Under the pieces are notes generated by a model that saw only the letters and a list, made by a program, of their open reading frames with translations, was not told the origin of the DNA and searched no databases. From positions 1 to 64,000 of the forward strand of contig CAVVXH010000015.1 in NCBI GenBank assembly GCA_963752155.1: a stretch of 64,000 nucleotides of DNA, read 5' to 3'. Origin of the DNA: an uncultured Parachlamydiaceae bacterium. GTDB lineage: Bacteria > Chlamydiota > Chlamydiia > Chlamydiales > Parachlamydiaceae. The position numbers were made by a program, and so were the translations under genes. This document shows, one piece after another, positions 47,901 to 57,641 of the stretch (position 1 is its first letter; every line of letters starts with the position of its first letter).

Positions 47901-48791
47901 TTAATCACTGCCTATTGCAATACGGTTTGGAAGGACCTTGTGCAACCTAAAAAAGAACATAAGCAAAATCATTTGCACGATCAGGCGGTGAATTTTCAAG
48001 ATTGCCGTTCTAAAATCCATAAATTTAAACGCAATCAGAATGTCGCTTTAACCCCTTTACCCTTGGTACAAGAGGTAGAGGCTCTTAAGGATAAAATCAC
48101 TCTTCTGATTTCTTCTTTACAGATCGATCCACAATGCAGAGAGCTGATCAAAAGTCATAGGGAGGCAATTAGACGTATTTTTGATTTTCATCAAACTCTT
48201 AACTCACACGAGAATAAAGGACAGATGGCTCTCTTTTTTGCGACACGTTCAGCAGACATTCAAGTATGCCTACTCTCGTTAATTTTGATTCTTGCTTTGA
48301 GCACTATAAAATTCCCTCCGGATCAGCCCCATCCACTTTTTTTGAATGAAAAAGGATTAAATGAAGGAAGACCTCTTTTCCATATCCATCGTGTAGATAA
48401 ACTCTGGAAGGTTTTAAAGAACCATCTTGCATTTGATAGTGATGTGTTAGACATGCTCGACACATATCTTCCCTTATTTGTTGGAGATCCAAGATATCCT
48501 TACCCTAATAAAACGGTCATGACGAATGAACTTGTCAATATGCACGAAAGGGTCTGCCTGCTTCAAAAAATAGAATCTGCATGGTTCGATAAGGAGGATC
48601 AAAAAGCCTTCACTAGACATCTGGGAAAGGGAGGTAGGCTTCTACCGATACAAGCTCAGAGGGAAATTTTGAACCTAGCGATTGAAAAAGGAATAGAAGA
48701 TCAAAAACAAAAGACTCTATTCGCATTTCATTTAGCAGAGAGTCTCCTTAGATCACTTGATTCAGTGGGAATTCCGGCAGAAATTTCATGA
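44907..48791 (+). CDS. Large hypothetical helical protein, 1294 aa
   Basis: Uninterrupted 3.9-kb ORF; Ser-rich N-terminus; no confidently recognised domain. Confidence 0.8.
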   Translation: MESSSFYFNLNPYLHSSSSEEEKIDENLLTSVSDDSEKKDQLLTEVIQNRTLEFREDCAMLNLCTLAKAENLIQQLIEGKVVHFLNPLNILFIEVMKVMQLLSRDRTILSFRGGVYSAEKEGSKIQEEVIHGDQIINHLTIELHLIFRVFREYADFHLGKTSSKVDREKILQAQEGYKKIANLYRRLEKIIKKTDSPNIKVFHKLKQYCDVLYHASQNEDFLQRCTKSLSNGLSVMLSIVIYPQTLSHMEFYIESLDICLFSLLYFQKNDPTIPMPQMIEQIKKIPKACFDTLSLDAFIQSIGKFHFETSKLITEYLVIVKKIIIDSKFHSSNLKLKACFIRLALDDISFVKMLQEMFPLVMDISNPWKSFRDNHNVILKRFEVQIQSLHIEFEKAVISLKKALDKSKTVKGKTRNDIYNLIHSVEKQTAVQSFLDQINSFIVESCRIPQNINQEMLSFFLVMGNCNQKAINFHQSLLMHDSKLPCASFTSIDLLVHQLFQLAEITKHRAEENDVINHTIVTTAIQMVKDSIKIICAKGETNILKIFNLNEKSYTIAFHIQFNEALSYLNNAFNQEMSQEEALRIQHLKGSIQLLIEYLKDSKNNVPIFQKHLASTLFNSLGGSSEISDRDLPLIKQHLHLIATSVSHQEFEQHLVQLEHATKKRLDLAAPAEKFFWKLNYKHVMLGKIHIKEMLKASHHCNQKIQGCDDTNTALLILHEFYKKTKFLEKNYAGWMFQLTLLGKLAEQQGYEDIFESIYFMSSWNLWTGFLHTAIHEIVDFNPVSKKAPFPIGNLKINSIQNLVDSSSENDATDLDETAVEEEPLPMLQETYTPSPYEEDFGLLNTLKAEPLPLIMDEPIQSFMARRTAQSNLIQNCSIYRTLIEEAKKWGCIEAPKSLQIRGQLSHLLLLEATQKIALSNLRIGTQEAPNIHIISSNYQGRPLIYTHNGELLVKLLFSANKQWFEHPDIESSIRCQEFHLKKIYWFQEDPQAVPGIHLITAYCNTVWKDLVQPKKEHKQNHLHDQAVNFQDCRSKIHKFKRNQNVALTPLPLVQEVEALKDKITLLISSLQIDPQCRELIKSHREAIRRIFDFHQTLNSHENKGQMALFFATRSADIQVCLLSLILILALSTIKFPPDQPHPLFLNEKGLNEGRPLFHIHRVDKLWKVLKNHLAFDSDVLDMLDTYLPLFVGDPRYPYPNKTVMTNELVNMHERVCLLQKIESAWFDKEDQKAFTRHLGKGGRLLPIQAQREILNLAIEKGIEDQKQKTLFAFHLAESLLRSLDSVGIPAEIS

Positions 48792-48802
48792 ATTTTTACC
48801 TA

Positions 48803-48825
48803 AATTCCCATTTTAAATAGGAATT
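48803..48825. promoter_or_regulatory. 23-bp palindrome, candidate autoregulatory operator of the AbiEi-like gene
   Basis: aattcccattttaaataggaatt, 40 bp upstream of the ATG at 48865. Confidence 0.45.
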
Positions 48826-48864
48826 CTGGTTGAATAAAGGAAAAGACCATCAGCATAGGAAGTT

Positions 48865-49278
48865 ATGAAAAATATACTAAAATCTATAGAAACTCCATAT
48901 ATAGGGACGGAGACGCTTCTTAGGCTTTTAGTTGACTATAAAAAGCCTCGAGAGGCAATTTTAAGAATGGTAAAAAATGAAGAATTAGTTCGCTTAAAAA
49001 ACGGTTTTTATCTAATCAATGAAAAAATTGCGGGCCCATCTTCTTTGGTCATTCCATTTGAGCAGTTAGCGAATCTTTTGTATGGGCCTTCCTATGTGAG
49101 CATGGAATGGGCATTATCCTTTTATGGAATGATACCTGAAAGAGTTCACACTATTACAAGTATGACATTAGGAAGAGATAAAGAGTATCGCACTTCTGTA
49201 GGAGATTTTTATGAAAATATTAAAAAACGAAAAGATGAAATCGAGGCAAAGCGAAAGCAAGCATTAACGCTCACGTAA
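48865..49278 (+). pseudogene. AbiEi-like (type IV toxin-antitoxin) antitoxin, C-terminally truncated
   Basis: LVRLKNGFY and LANLLYGPSYVSMEWALSFYGMIPE signatures; similarity stops after VGDFY; no AbiEii partner downstream. Confidence 0.7.
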
Positions 49279-49392
49279 AAATTGAAAAGTATTTTGCGGA
49301 ATTTGTACTTGAAGCACCAGAGCTAATTTTTCGTGCCTAAGTATACGTGCTTGCCCGTGGCACCCCCTATTGGGAAATAACAAATTTTTAAA

Positions 49393-49688
49393 GCGCCTTG
49401 CCATTGGTGCCTGACCTGATATTCTGACATTTGCCTAAAATGATGACGTAACCTCACAGGAGGGCAAATGTCAGAATGTCAGGTCTGGAACCAAGGCCAG
49501 AACGTTGCCTCTCAGAATTAAGTATTTTGTTATTAATTGAAAACGACGCTTCTTTCAGTTGCGTAAATCTTGGGGGTAATGTTCGGCCTTGGTTCCAGAC
49601 CTGACATTCTGACATTTGCCCTTTAGGAAGCAATGTTATCGCATCGGCAAATGTCAGAATATCAGGTCAGGCACCAATGGCAAGGCGC
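49393..49688. repeat. 296-bp palindromic element, copy 2
   Basis: Near-identical to 36369-36664. Confidence 0.9.
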
Positions 49689-49884
49689 GAAGTAGTGGAA
49701 GTGCCGGTAGATCCTCTAGTCGCTTTTACCTTTATGGTAAGGTATAATCGAATTAAACAAGGTTTTACTCAACAAGAAGCCGCTAACAAACTCGGATTTG
49801 ATAATATTTATAGTTATCAGAATTATTTCTCAGATTAGAAAATTATACCCTGATTTTTCTGTGGATTTCGCGCTTTGTTGCTAA
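49689..49884 (+). pseudogene. Remnant of an XRE-type HTH domain (resembles the C-terminus of HicB-HTH antitoxins)
   Basis: Manual translation EVVEVPVDPLVAFTFMVRYNRIKQGFTQQEAANKLGFDNIYSYQ, then a frameshift/deletion, then IISQIRKLYPDFSVDFAL; the 5' part is missing. Confidence 0.6.
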
Positions 49885-49910
49885 ATAAATAATATCACTT
49901 GATTCTATCC

Positions 49911-50822
49911 TTACTGACGATTTGGGATAAATTCTGAGTTGCCACCCGGGTTACGAGAATCATTTCTTGAAAGTCCTTCTAGGCCATGTCCATCGATGAA
50001 AGCTACAATTGCCCAACGCGATGGCAGATTGTCCAAGCGGATAACATCATGCCATCCAGGTAGAAGAGTTTCTGTTGTGATGAGTTGGCGGCAGTTTGCG
50101 CCAAGCATAAAGATGGCTCTACCTTCCTGATGAGGGACTAATTGTAAGTTTTCTTGATGACTTCCAATCCGTAAGCCTGGAACACTCTCCGCGATAGCAA
50201 GAGTGAATGAGCCTGCATCAAAATGAGGTTTAGCCCAAATTTCTTGTTTTTGATCAACTTGATAGTGAACTAAGCGTAAAACAATATGCGGTTCTTCTGT
50301 GTCAAATATTTTATTATAGAGGCCGGGGTATTTGCTATTTAAGCAAGTCAGAATTTTCTTTGTTGTATCCGCAACATAATTCCAAATAACATCGGTTTGA
50401 GTAATCAATCTATTTGCAATTGGATGTGTGGAAATATATTCCTCGTGACTTTTTTTCAAAAACGGATGGTAATGAAATAAATCTTTCGTGTCTTCATAAT
50501 TTTGATTAATTGCTTTTCGATGTGTAAAACCGAGTTCCCTGCGTCTATGATTTCCAGGAAGCTGACTTTGAAGATGATCTTTGACAGCTTGGTCTGTTTC
50601 AAGAAATGCTAAAAAAGCCTCTATAGTGTCGGTAATAACGGAATGAGGGACCTCATGAGGAATTGATACATAGAAGTCTTTTTCTAAAGCTTTACATATC
50701 TTATCTGGATCAAAGGCATCCACTCGGCTAGTCTCTTGAGTTAATGAGACTTCAGGTGGGGCACCGATCAAGGCTATCGTACTCAAACTGAGAAGGGAAA
50801 ATATTCGTTTGACTTTCAACAT
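49911..50822 (-). CDS. 2-oxoglutarate/Fe(II) oxygenase-like protein with signal-peptide-like N-terminus
   Basis: LRLVHY, HFD...H facial triad (KPHFDAG; GWHDV), PGLRI. Confidence 0.8.
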   Translation of the reverse strand: MLKVKRIFSLLSLSTIALIGAPPEVSLTQETSRVDAFDPDKICKALEKDFYVSIPHEVPHSVITDTIEAFLAFLETDQAVKDHLQSQLPGNHRRRELGFTHRKAINQNYEDTKDLFHYHPFLKKSHEEYISTHPIANRLITQTDVIWNYVADTTKKILTCLNSKYPGLYNKIFDTEEPHIVLRLVHYQVDQKQEIWAKPHFDAGSFTLAIAESVPGLRIGSHQENLQLVPHQEGRAIFMLGANCRQLITTETLLPGWHDVIRLDNLPSRWAIVAFIDGHGLEGLSRNDSRNPGGNSEFIPNRQ

Positions 50823-50982
50823 ATGTTACCTATGGTGTTTTGTTTTTTAAAATTGTAGTTAAGGTACATTTTCCCATCAAGCATATTTTGTTACATTCGT
50901 ATTTGTCTTTAATTGAGCCATTTGATAATCTTCTATTGAAAAGATAGCCAAAATCTTTAAACCCAACAAAGGAAAATATCAC

Positions 50983-51414
50983 ATGGCTCTAGAACGAACT
51001 CTTTCGATCATTAAACCCGATGCAGTCGCCAAAAATCACATTGGTGAAATCATTGCACGATTTGAAAAAAATGGTCTAAAAGTAAAAGGCGCTAAAATGC
51101 TTCATCTGAGTAAAACCCAAGCCGAAGGCTTCTATGCTGTACACAAAGCGCGCCCTTTCTTCAATGATCTCGTTTCTTTTATGATCACAGGTCCCGTTCT
51201 TGTAATGGTTCTTGAAGGCGAAGACGCTGTCCTAAAAAATCGTGAATTAATGGGAGCAACCGATCCCAAAAAAGCCGATGTCGGAACAATTAGAAAAGAC
51301 TTTGCAAGTAGCATTGAAGAAAATGCTGTACACGGATCCGATAGCGCAGAAAATGCCGAAATCGAAATCAGTTATTTCTTCAAACCTGAAGAAATTTATC
51401 CCCGCACTCGTTAA
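50983..51414 (+). CDS. ndk: Nucleoside diphosphate kinase
   Basis: [23 protein letters not shown]. Confidence 0.98.
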   Translation: MALERTLSIIKPDAVAKNHIGEIIARFEKNGLKVKGAKMLHLSKTQAEGFYAVHKARPFFNDLVSFMITGPVLVMVLEGEDAVLKNRELMGATDPKKADVGTIRKDFASSIEENAVHGSDSAENAEIEISYFFKPEEIYPRTR

Positions 51415-51429
51415 TTAGGAGATCTTATC

Positions 51430-51924
51430 ATGTGGAATTTTTTAGCTTCATTTCTAGTATGCTTAGCAACGACTTTGAATATTTTTGCAGCCAGTGAACA
51501 AACGCTCGCAATTATTAAGCCTGATGCTGTAGCAGCAAATCGCATTGGCGAGATCATATCTCGTTTAGAACACAATGGATTGCACGTCCAAGGATTAAAA
51601 ATGACTCGTCTGCAAAAAGCACAGGCAGAAAAGTTTTATGAAATCCATAAAGACCGTCCATTCTTCAATGAACTAGTCACTTTTATGAGTTCAGGACCCA
51701 TTGTTGCAATTGCTCTAGAGGGAGAAAATAGTGTCACAAAAAACCGACAAGTCATGGGAGCCACAAATCCCAAAGATGCCGTTAAAGGCACCATAAGAGG
51801 CGATTTAGGAACATCGATCACTCAAAATGCAATCCATGGTTCCGATTCGATCGAGAATGCGACAACTGAGATTTCTTTCTTCTTTAAACCAGAAGAACTT
51901 TTTGCCGAAACAGTCAAAAAGTAG
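51430..51924 (+). CDS. ndk: Second nucleoside diphosphate kinase with N-terminal signal peptide
   Basis: [20 protein letters not shown] leader, then [12 protein letters not shown]...NAIHGSD. Confidence 0.93.
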   Translation: MWNFLASFLVCLATTLNIFAASEQTLAIIKPDAVAANRIGEIISRLEHNGLHVQGLKMTRLQKAQAEKFYEIHKDRPFFNELVTFMSSGPIVAIALEGENSVTKNRQVMGATNPKDAVKGTIRGDLGTSITQNAIHGSDSIENATTEISFFFKPEELFAETVKK

Positions 51925-51927
51925 CCA

Positions 51928-53109
51928 TTGGAAATGATGCAGAACCTCAAACGCATTTGCCTAATTAGCAACTACAATTTATACGAATCAAAACGTCATT
52001 TTGCAAATAAATTTGGTGAAGCTTTTCAGCGCAAAGGGATTGAGGTTCTCCATGTAGATGTTCAAGAAGCCCCTTTGAAAGGTGACTCCATCTTATCTAT
52101 TGCTCGATTCAATCCAACTCTAACCTGTTCTTTCAATACATTAAACCCCCTTACACCAGGATTTTTCCTTTGGGATCATTTAGAAATCCCCCATTTATCA
52201 GTTCTGGTTGACCCCGCGGTGTATAGCATTAATCTTTTGCAAAGTCCCTATTCCATTATTTCTTGTGTTGATCGGGAAGATGTTGAATTAATCCAATCTG
52301 AAGGATTTGCGAATTGCTTCTTCTTTCCTCACGCTATAGAAAAGGAACTCATTGGAAGCGGTAGGGAACAAAAAATTTACGATGTTGTTTTCATTGGAAG
52401 TTGCTATGACTACGAAAGCTTAAGAGAACTTTGGAGAACTAAATATTCCCCTGAAGTTGACCAAATGATTCTTCAGGCAGTAGAAATGGTGCTCTCTGAT
52501 AAATCGACTTCGATTTTACAAGCTCTATCCAAGTCATGCTCAAAGATCTCTATCCAAGAATTGGGCATTAACTACTCTGAACTCTTTTACTATATTGACC
52601 GCTATTCTCGCGGTAAGGATCGGGTACAGCTAATCAAATCTATTAAAGATGCTCACGTCCATATTTTTGGCGCTGCTTCAGAGGACGATTTAGCTACTTT
52701 TAAAAGCTGGAATCACTATCTTGAGGGGCAAAGTAATGTAACTCTTCATCCTGCAATTAATTACAATGAAAGTCTTGAAATTCTAAAACAAAGTAAAATA
52801 GCTTTAAATAGCATGCCTTTTTTCAAAAGAGGATCTCATGAACGTGTTTTTAACGCCTTGGCTTGTGGAGCCTTACCGTTAACAACAGAAACAGTCTATT
52901 GGAGTGAAGCGTTTAATCCAGGACAAGATCTAATATGCTATTCATCAGGTAAATGGGATAAAGTGAATGACCTTGTCAATTGTTACCTATCAGATGTAAA
53001 TTTGCTCCGAGACATAGTCAATGAAGGAGCTCATAGGGTTGAGGAAAATCATACGTGGGATCAGCGAGTAGAACTTTTATTAAATACTCCTCTCGTCTTA
53101 ACATTTTAA
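51928..53109 (+). CDS. Glycosyltransferase (GT-B, CgeB/DUF3880-like)
   Basis: YDVVFIGS, SKIALN, HERVFNALACGA, HTWDQRV. Confidence 0.8.
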   Translation: MEMMQNLKRICLISNYNLYESKRHFANKFGEAFQRKGIEVLHVDVQEAPLKGDSILSIARFNPTLTCSFNTLNPLTPGFFLWDHLEIPHLSVLVDPAVYSINLLQSPYSIISCVDREDVELIQSEGFANCFFFPHAIEKELIGSGREQKIYDVVFIGSCYDYESLRELWRTKYSPEVDQMILQAVEMVLSDKSTSILQALSKSCSKISIQELGINYSELFYYIDRYSRGKDRVQLIKSIKDAHVHIFGAASEDDLATFKSWNHYLEGQSNVTLHPAINYNESLEILKQSKIALNSMPFFKRGSHERVFNALACGALPLTTETVYWSEAFNPGQDLICYSSGKWDKVNDLVNCYLSDVNLLRDIVNEGAHRVEENHTWDQRVELLLNTPLVLTF

Positions 53110-53116
53110 AGAGTGA

Positions 53117-53142
53117 AAAAGGGAAAAATTTTAGTCCCTTTT
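53117..53142. terminator. Candidate bidirectional terminator
   Basis: aaaaggga...tccctttt stem between convergent genes. Confidence 0.35.
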
Positions 53143-53155
53143 CTCCTATTTTCCA

Positions 53156-53374
53156 TCATTCTAAAGATTCATCTTCATCCGTTTTTTCGAATTCAAAATC
53201 AATCTCTCCATTTGTATAATAAAGTTCTGATGCTGTTGCTTTAAGTGCCACGAGTCCACCGGCAAAACCGATCATTTTCATGAGACGGTCTACATACCCT
53301 AATTCTGTGACAAGTTGATCATGTATAGATTCCAATTTAGCAAGTTTACGTTCTAATACTTTCTTAGTAGCCAT
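53156..53374 (-). CDS. Small coiled-coil hypothetical protein (72 aa)
   Basis: GGGAGG RBS before ATG 53374; KLAKLESIHDQL...GFAGGL. Confidence 0.7.
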   Translation of the reverse strand: MATKKVLERKLAKLESIHDQLVTELGYVDRLMKMIGFAGGLVALKATASELYYTNGEIDFEFEKTDEDESLE

Positions 53375-53533
53375 GATGCACCTCCCTTCAAGAAACACGT
53401 GGTTTACAAAAAGAAAGATGCATTTCACATGCCAAATCCTATTAAGCCACTAATTAAAAAAGGAATGCGTCTTGTTCACCATAGAAAATTGCGTTATAAG
53501 TCAACTGTTGAGAAACCCATGGATACCAAAAAG

Positions 53534-54862
53534 CTATTCCGCTTCCCTAATCTGGCCAGCAATATGCTCTAAAGAGTGAATTAAATAAAAGGGGATGGTT
53601 AGAATTTTTTTATGCCATGAAAGAGGCAATTCAGACAGACGAATTCCTAATGCGTTTGGCTTATCTTGAAGAAAGCTCTGTAGAGAACGCAAAGAACCCG
53701 TAGCACCAGCTTTAACCTCGATGGGTACAATTCTTGATTTTAACGAAGTGACGTAGTCAATTTCTGCCTGTCCACTATCTGTACGTTCCCAAAAAAGCAA
53801 GGGTTCTTTTTGATAAGGCGCCTGATAGGCTATAAGCTCTTGCCCTACAAATTGCTCTGCAAGCATCCCAGCATTTATTTGCATAATATCTTTATCAAAA
53901 AAGTCAGTGGCATCCACTTTTGTGGCGGTTTGTAGAAGGCCGATATCAAGGTAGAGTAATTTGAAACGATCGTGTTTAAGATGTGCGTGAAGGGGCAAGC
54001 CCGCAGCCGTAGTCGCAAAAACTCTTTGCACAAGTCCAGCATGGCAAAGAAGTTCCAACGCGGGTTTTAATTCACGCGATCTAATTTCTTCGTCAATACG
54101 ACGATATTTTAATATTTGACCGATTAGTCCTGGGACTCGCTGAAAAATAATCTGCAGATATTTGTGCTGGCTGTATTTTGCGTATTTTCCAAAATCGCTT
54201 TCATAAGCTTGAAGAATACGATAGTGGATGCGTTGCGATTCATATAAAGATTGTTCATTTATGCTAGCTTTAACTGCTGCAGGCATCCCACCAATATACA
54301 TATATCGGCGCACCCATTTTAAAAGCTCTTGGTGTTCGAATTGACTGGGAACGTTGTTAAGGTCATATTCTTTAATTCTTTGACAAATAAAAGACGAAGC
54401 AGCTTCTAAATATTCAATAAATGAAAGTGGATGAAGGTACAAGAATTCAATACGTCCTACTGGAAAACTGAAATTTTCATCATGTAATAAGAACTCCAAT
54501 AAAGATCCAGCTGCAATGACATGAAGTTTCGGCATTTGCTCTTTAAAATATCGCAAAGAGATTAATGCTTCCGGACAGAGCTGAATTTCATCAAGAAAAA
54601 GGAGCGTCTGATTTTCTTTGATTGGCTTACCTAGGGCAATTTCTAGCCTGGAGAGAATTTCTTTGGGCTCTCTCGTTGAAAATGCACTTTTTAGTTCAGG
54701 ACGATTTTCAAAATCAACGACAGCTAAAATCTCAAAATGAGATTTCCCAAATTCTTCAATAAGATAACTTTTTCCAACTTGACGGGCTCCTCTTAGAAGG
54801 ATTGGTAAGTGTTCTTCTTTGGATTTCCAAGCAATAAGTTCCGCTTCAAGTGCTCTTTTCAT
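53534..54862 (-). CDS. AAA_14/DUF4143 family ATPase
   Basis: GARQVGKS, LFLDEIQ, AAGSLL, GGMP, KLLYLDIGLL, C-terminal EIDY...PIEVKAG nuclease-like motif. Confidence 0.9.
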   Translation of the reverse strand: MKRALEAELIAWKSKEEHLPILLRGARQVGKSYLIEEFGKSHFEILAVVDFENRPELKSAFSTREPKEILSRLEIALGKPIKENQTLLFLDEIQLCPEALISLRYFKEQMPKLHVIAAGSLLEFLLHDENFSFPVGRIEFLYLHPLSFIEYLEAASSFICQRIKEYDLNNVPSQFEHQELLKWVRRYMYIGGMPAAVKASINEQSLYESQRIHYRILQAYESDFGKYAKYSQHKYLQIIFQRVPGLIGQILKYRRIDEEIRSRELKPALELLCHAGLVQRVFATTAAGLPLHAHLKHDRFKLLYLDIGLLQTATKVDATDFFDKDIMQINAGMLAEQFVGQELIAYQAPYQKEPLLFWERTDSGQAEIDYVTSLKSRIVPIEVKAGATGSLRSLQSFLQDKPNALGIRLSELPLSWHKKILTIPFYLIHSLEHIAGQIREAE

Positions 54863-55065
54863 AAATAAAGTCTCCAGATAATGGATAAAACATCTACCTA
54901 AAATTACCAAATTTCGGATATTTTTGGCACCAATTTTAACCATCCCTCAAATCAAAAAGCCTGGTCACTAAAAAATCGGAAAAAAATATGTATTGACCCA
55001 TCATCAAATTCCTGTTATGAGCAAAATAAATGCAACCATGAGACTCTGACTCAAAGGAGAGCAAT

Positions 55066-55431
55066 TTGGATACAATGAACGAATATTTCCCCGCCTATAT
55101 TTATCTTGGCGTGGTCATTATTGTCACTCTTTCCATCGTCGGTGTTTCCGAACTATTCTCCTCGAATAAATCTGATCCCGTAAAATTTATGCCCTATGAA
55201 TCCGGCATTCGTACGACAACTCATCTTTTACAAGATCGCTTTCCCCTCCGGCACTATCTTGTAGCCCTCATGTTTCTTATCTTCGACATTGAAATCATTT
55301 TCCTCTATCCTTGGGCTGTCGTTGCAAGAAGTTTGGGGCCTTTTGCCTATTTTGAAATGGCCTTTTTTATAATTGCTTTATTTGTTGCTTTCGCTTACCT
55401 CTGGAAAAAAGGTGGACTTCAATGGGATTAA
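55066..55431 (+). CDS. nuoA: NADH-quinone oxidoreductase subunit A
   Basis: [28 protein letters not shown]. Confidence 0.96.
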   Translation: MDTMNEYFPAYIYLGVVIIVTLSIVGVSELFSSNKSDPVKFMPYESGIRTTTHLLQDRFPLRHYLVALMFLIFDIEIIFLYPWAVVARSLGPFAYFEMAFFIIALFVAFAYLWKKGGLQWD

Positions 55432-55895
55432 ATCAAAAAGAAAAACTTCCTTTTATGATCGGCCCCTTAGAAAAGCTCATTCAATGGGCTCGTGGGAACT
55501 CAATGTGGCCGGCACAATTTGGTTTAGCTTGTTGTGCTATCGAAATGATGTCCACTGCCGCTGCCCGATACGATGCTGCCCGATTCGGAATGGAAGTTTT
55601 CCGTGCTTCCCCTCGCCAAAGTGATGTGATGATTGTCGCTGGAAGAGTAAGTCAAAAGATGGCTCCTGTACTCGTGACAATCCATTCTCAGATGCTCGAT
55701 CCAAAATTTGTTGTTGCTATGGGCGATTGCGCCTCTTGTGGAGGGATCTATAACAATTACGCTGTCATTCAAGGGGTCGACAAACTAGTTCCGGTCGATG
55801 TCTATATTCCAGGATGCCCCCCACGACCAGAAGCTTTACTCGAAGGATTGCTCCTTCTCCGTAAAAAGATTCAAGAAACGAGAACGTCAAGATAG
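55422..55895 (+). CDS. nuoB: NADH-quinone oxidoreductase subunit B
   Basis: [25 protein letters not shown]. Confidence 0.97.
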   Translation: MGLNQKEKLPFMIGPLEKLIQWARGNSMWPAQFGLACCAIEMMSTAAARYDAARFGMEVFRASPRQSDVMIVAGRVSQKMAPVLVTIHSQMLDPKFVVAMGDCASCGGIYNNYAVIQGVDKLVPVDVYIPGCPPRPEALLEGLLLLRKKIQETRTSR

Positions 55896-55912
55896 AACTA
55901 TAGGCTGAAAAA

Positions 55913-56455
55913 ATGGATGCAACAAATACCTATCAAAAGATTAAAGAAAAGTTTGGCGATGCCATCCTACAGGAAGAGATCTGTTGCGATGAAAGAACTG
56001 TAGAAGTGGTCCCTTCAAACTTGAAGGAACTTCTAGCGTACCTAAAACAAACTCCTGAACCAGGATTTGACGCCTTAATCGATTTAACAGCTGTCGACTA
56101 TCTGGAACCAAAACTGCAGACTAAAGTACTGTACTTTTTATATAATCCAGTGACTCGGGAACGCCTTAACATCGCCACCAACGTTCCCCGTCTTTCTACA
56201 CTGGACTCAGTCACAGAACTCTGGGAAGGGGCTAACTGGTACGAACGAGAAATTTACGATTTTTTTGGTCTTCATTTTAATGGACATCCTAATCTAACGC
56301 GTATTCTCATGCCCGATGATTGGGAGGGTTATCCCTTGCTTAAAGATTATGCCTTAACAGAAGAAGTGGTCCAATTTAAAAATGGTGTCTGCCCAAAAGT
56401 TCCTTCTAAAATCATCCCTCACATTAAAGGAAACCATGACTCGACTGCCGAATGA
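55913..56455 (+). CDS. nuoC: NADH-quinone oxidoreductase subunit C
   Basis: DLTAVDY, ANWYEREIYDFFG, GHPNLTRILMP. Confidence 0.96.
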   Translation: MDATNTYQKIKEKFGDAILQEEICCDERTVEVVPSNLKELLAYLKQTPEPGFDALIDLTAVDYLEPKLQTKVLYFLYNPVTRERLNIATNVPRLSTLDSVTELWEGANWYEREIYDFFGLHFNGHPNLTRILMPDDWEGYPLLKDYALTEEVVQFKNGVCPKVPSKIIPHIKGNHDSTAE

Positions 56456-57641
56456 TGAAATCAATATAAGTAACTCCGATGAAATTATGGAGCTCAGCTT
56501 AGGCCCTCAACATCCATCAACGCATGGTGTCTTGCGGCTAAAGCTGCATTTGGATGGAGAAGTAGTCGTTTCCTGCGAACCTGTCATCGGATATTTGCAT
56601 ACTGGCATCGAAAAAGAGTGCGAAACACGCACCTATCATCAAGTCTTCACCTTAGTCGATCGAATCGATTACCTTTCAGGGCCTTCAGAAGAGCAAGCTT
56701 TTGCTGGAGCTGTCGAAAAGCTCATGAAAATTGAAGTCCCCGAACGTGCTCAAGTCATTCGTGTGATCTTATTGGAACTTTCGCGCATCCAAAGCCACCT
56801 CGTCTGGATCGGTACAAGCGCTCTTGAGCTCAATATGTCTTCCATTTACATGTATTGCTTTGCTTTAAGGGAAGACATCCTAGATATCTTTGAGGAGATT
56901 TCCGGAGCACGCATGTTTCCAAGCTATTGGCGGATTGGGGGCTTAGCTTGCGATCTAAATGAAGGTGCCACAGAGCACATTGCAGAATTTCTCAAAAAAT
57001 TTCCTGCCACTTGGAAAGATCTCGATAACTTATTGACCGAAAATTATGTCTGGCGCACGCGTCTTGAAGGGATTGCTATCATCGACCATAACTTATGTAA
57101 GCAATTTCTATGCACAGGACCTGTTTTGCGTGGGTGTGGTGTAGCTTTTGATGTACGCAAAGACCATCCGTATTTAGGATATGAAAATTACAATTTTGAA
57201 GTGCCAACTTGCGATGACGGAGACTGCTACGCACGCTATCTAGTTCGCTTAGAAGAAATGCGCCAAAGTGCTTCTATAGTGCAACAGGGTCTAAATCGTC
57301 TAAAGCCAGGCCCTATCATCTGTGATAATCGCAAAGTAGCGTTGCCTCCACGTGCTCAATTGGCCCGCAGCATGGAAGCTGTGATTCATCAATTTAAGCT
57401 TGTCAGCGAGGGAATTCATCCACCTATCGGAGCCGTAAGTTCATGGGTGGAGTCTGCCCGAGGAACCATTAATCACTACCTCGTTTCTGACGGAAGTAAT
57501 CGCCCTTATCGCTTGCGAGTGCGTTCCCCCTCTTTTGCCCACATTCAAGTCCTTAACAAAGTTCTCATTGGCCATTTACTTTCAGATGTTGTCGTAGGAA
57601 TTGCCAGTGTAGACCCCATTTTAGGAGATGTAGATCGCTAA
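56436..57641 (+). CDS. nuoD: NADH-quinone oxidoreductase subunit D
   Basis: GPQHPSTHGVLRL, GYLHTGIEK, C-terminal GDVDR; start placed at ATG 56436 after AAGGA. Confidence 0.96.
   Translation: MTRLPNDEINISNSDEIMELSLGPQHPSTHGVLRLKLHLDGEVVVSCEPVIGYLHTGIEKECETRTYHQVFTLVDRIDYLSGPSEEQAFAGAVEKLMKIEVPERAQVIRVILLELSRIQSHLVWIGTSALELNMSSIYMYCFALREDILDIFEEISGARMFPSYWRIGGLACDLNEGATEHIAEFLKKFPATWKDLDNLLTENYVWRTRLEGIAIIDHNLCKQFLCTGPVLRGCGVAFDVRKDHPYLGYENYNFEVPTCDDGDCYARYLVRLEEMRQSASIVQQGLNRLKPGPIICDNRKVALPPRAQLARSMEAVIHQFKLVSEGIHPPIGAVSSWVESARGTINHYLVSDGSNRPYRLRVRSPSFAHIQVLNKVLIGHLLSDVVVGIASVDPILGDVDR

Noticed and set aside
49210..49278. Possible transposase C-terminal remnant forming the tail of the AbiEi-like ORF
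   Set aside because: Too short to support; no catalytic motif or terminal repeat was recognised.
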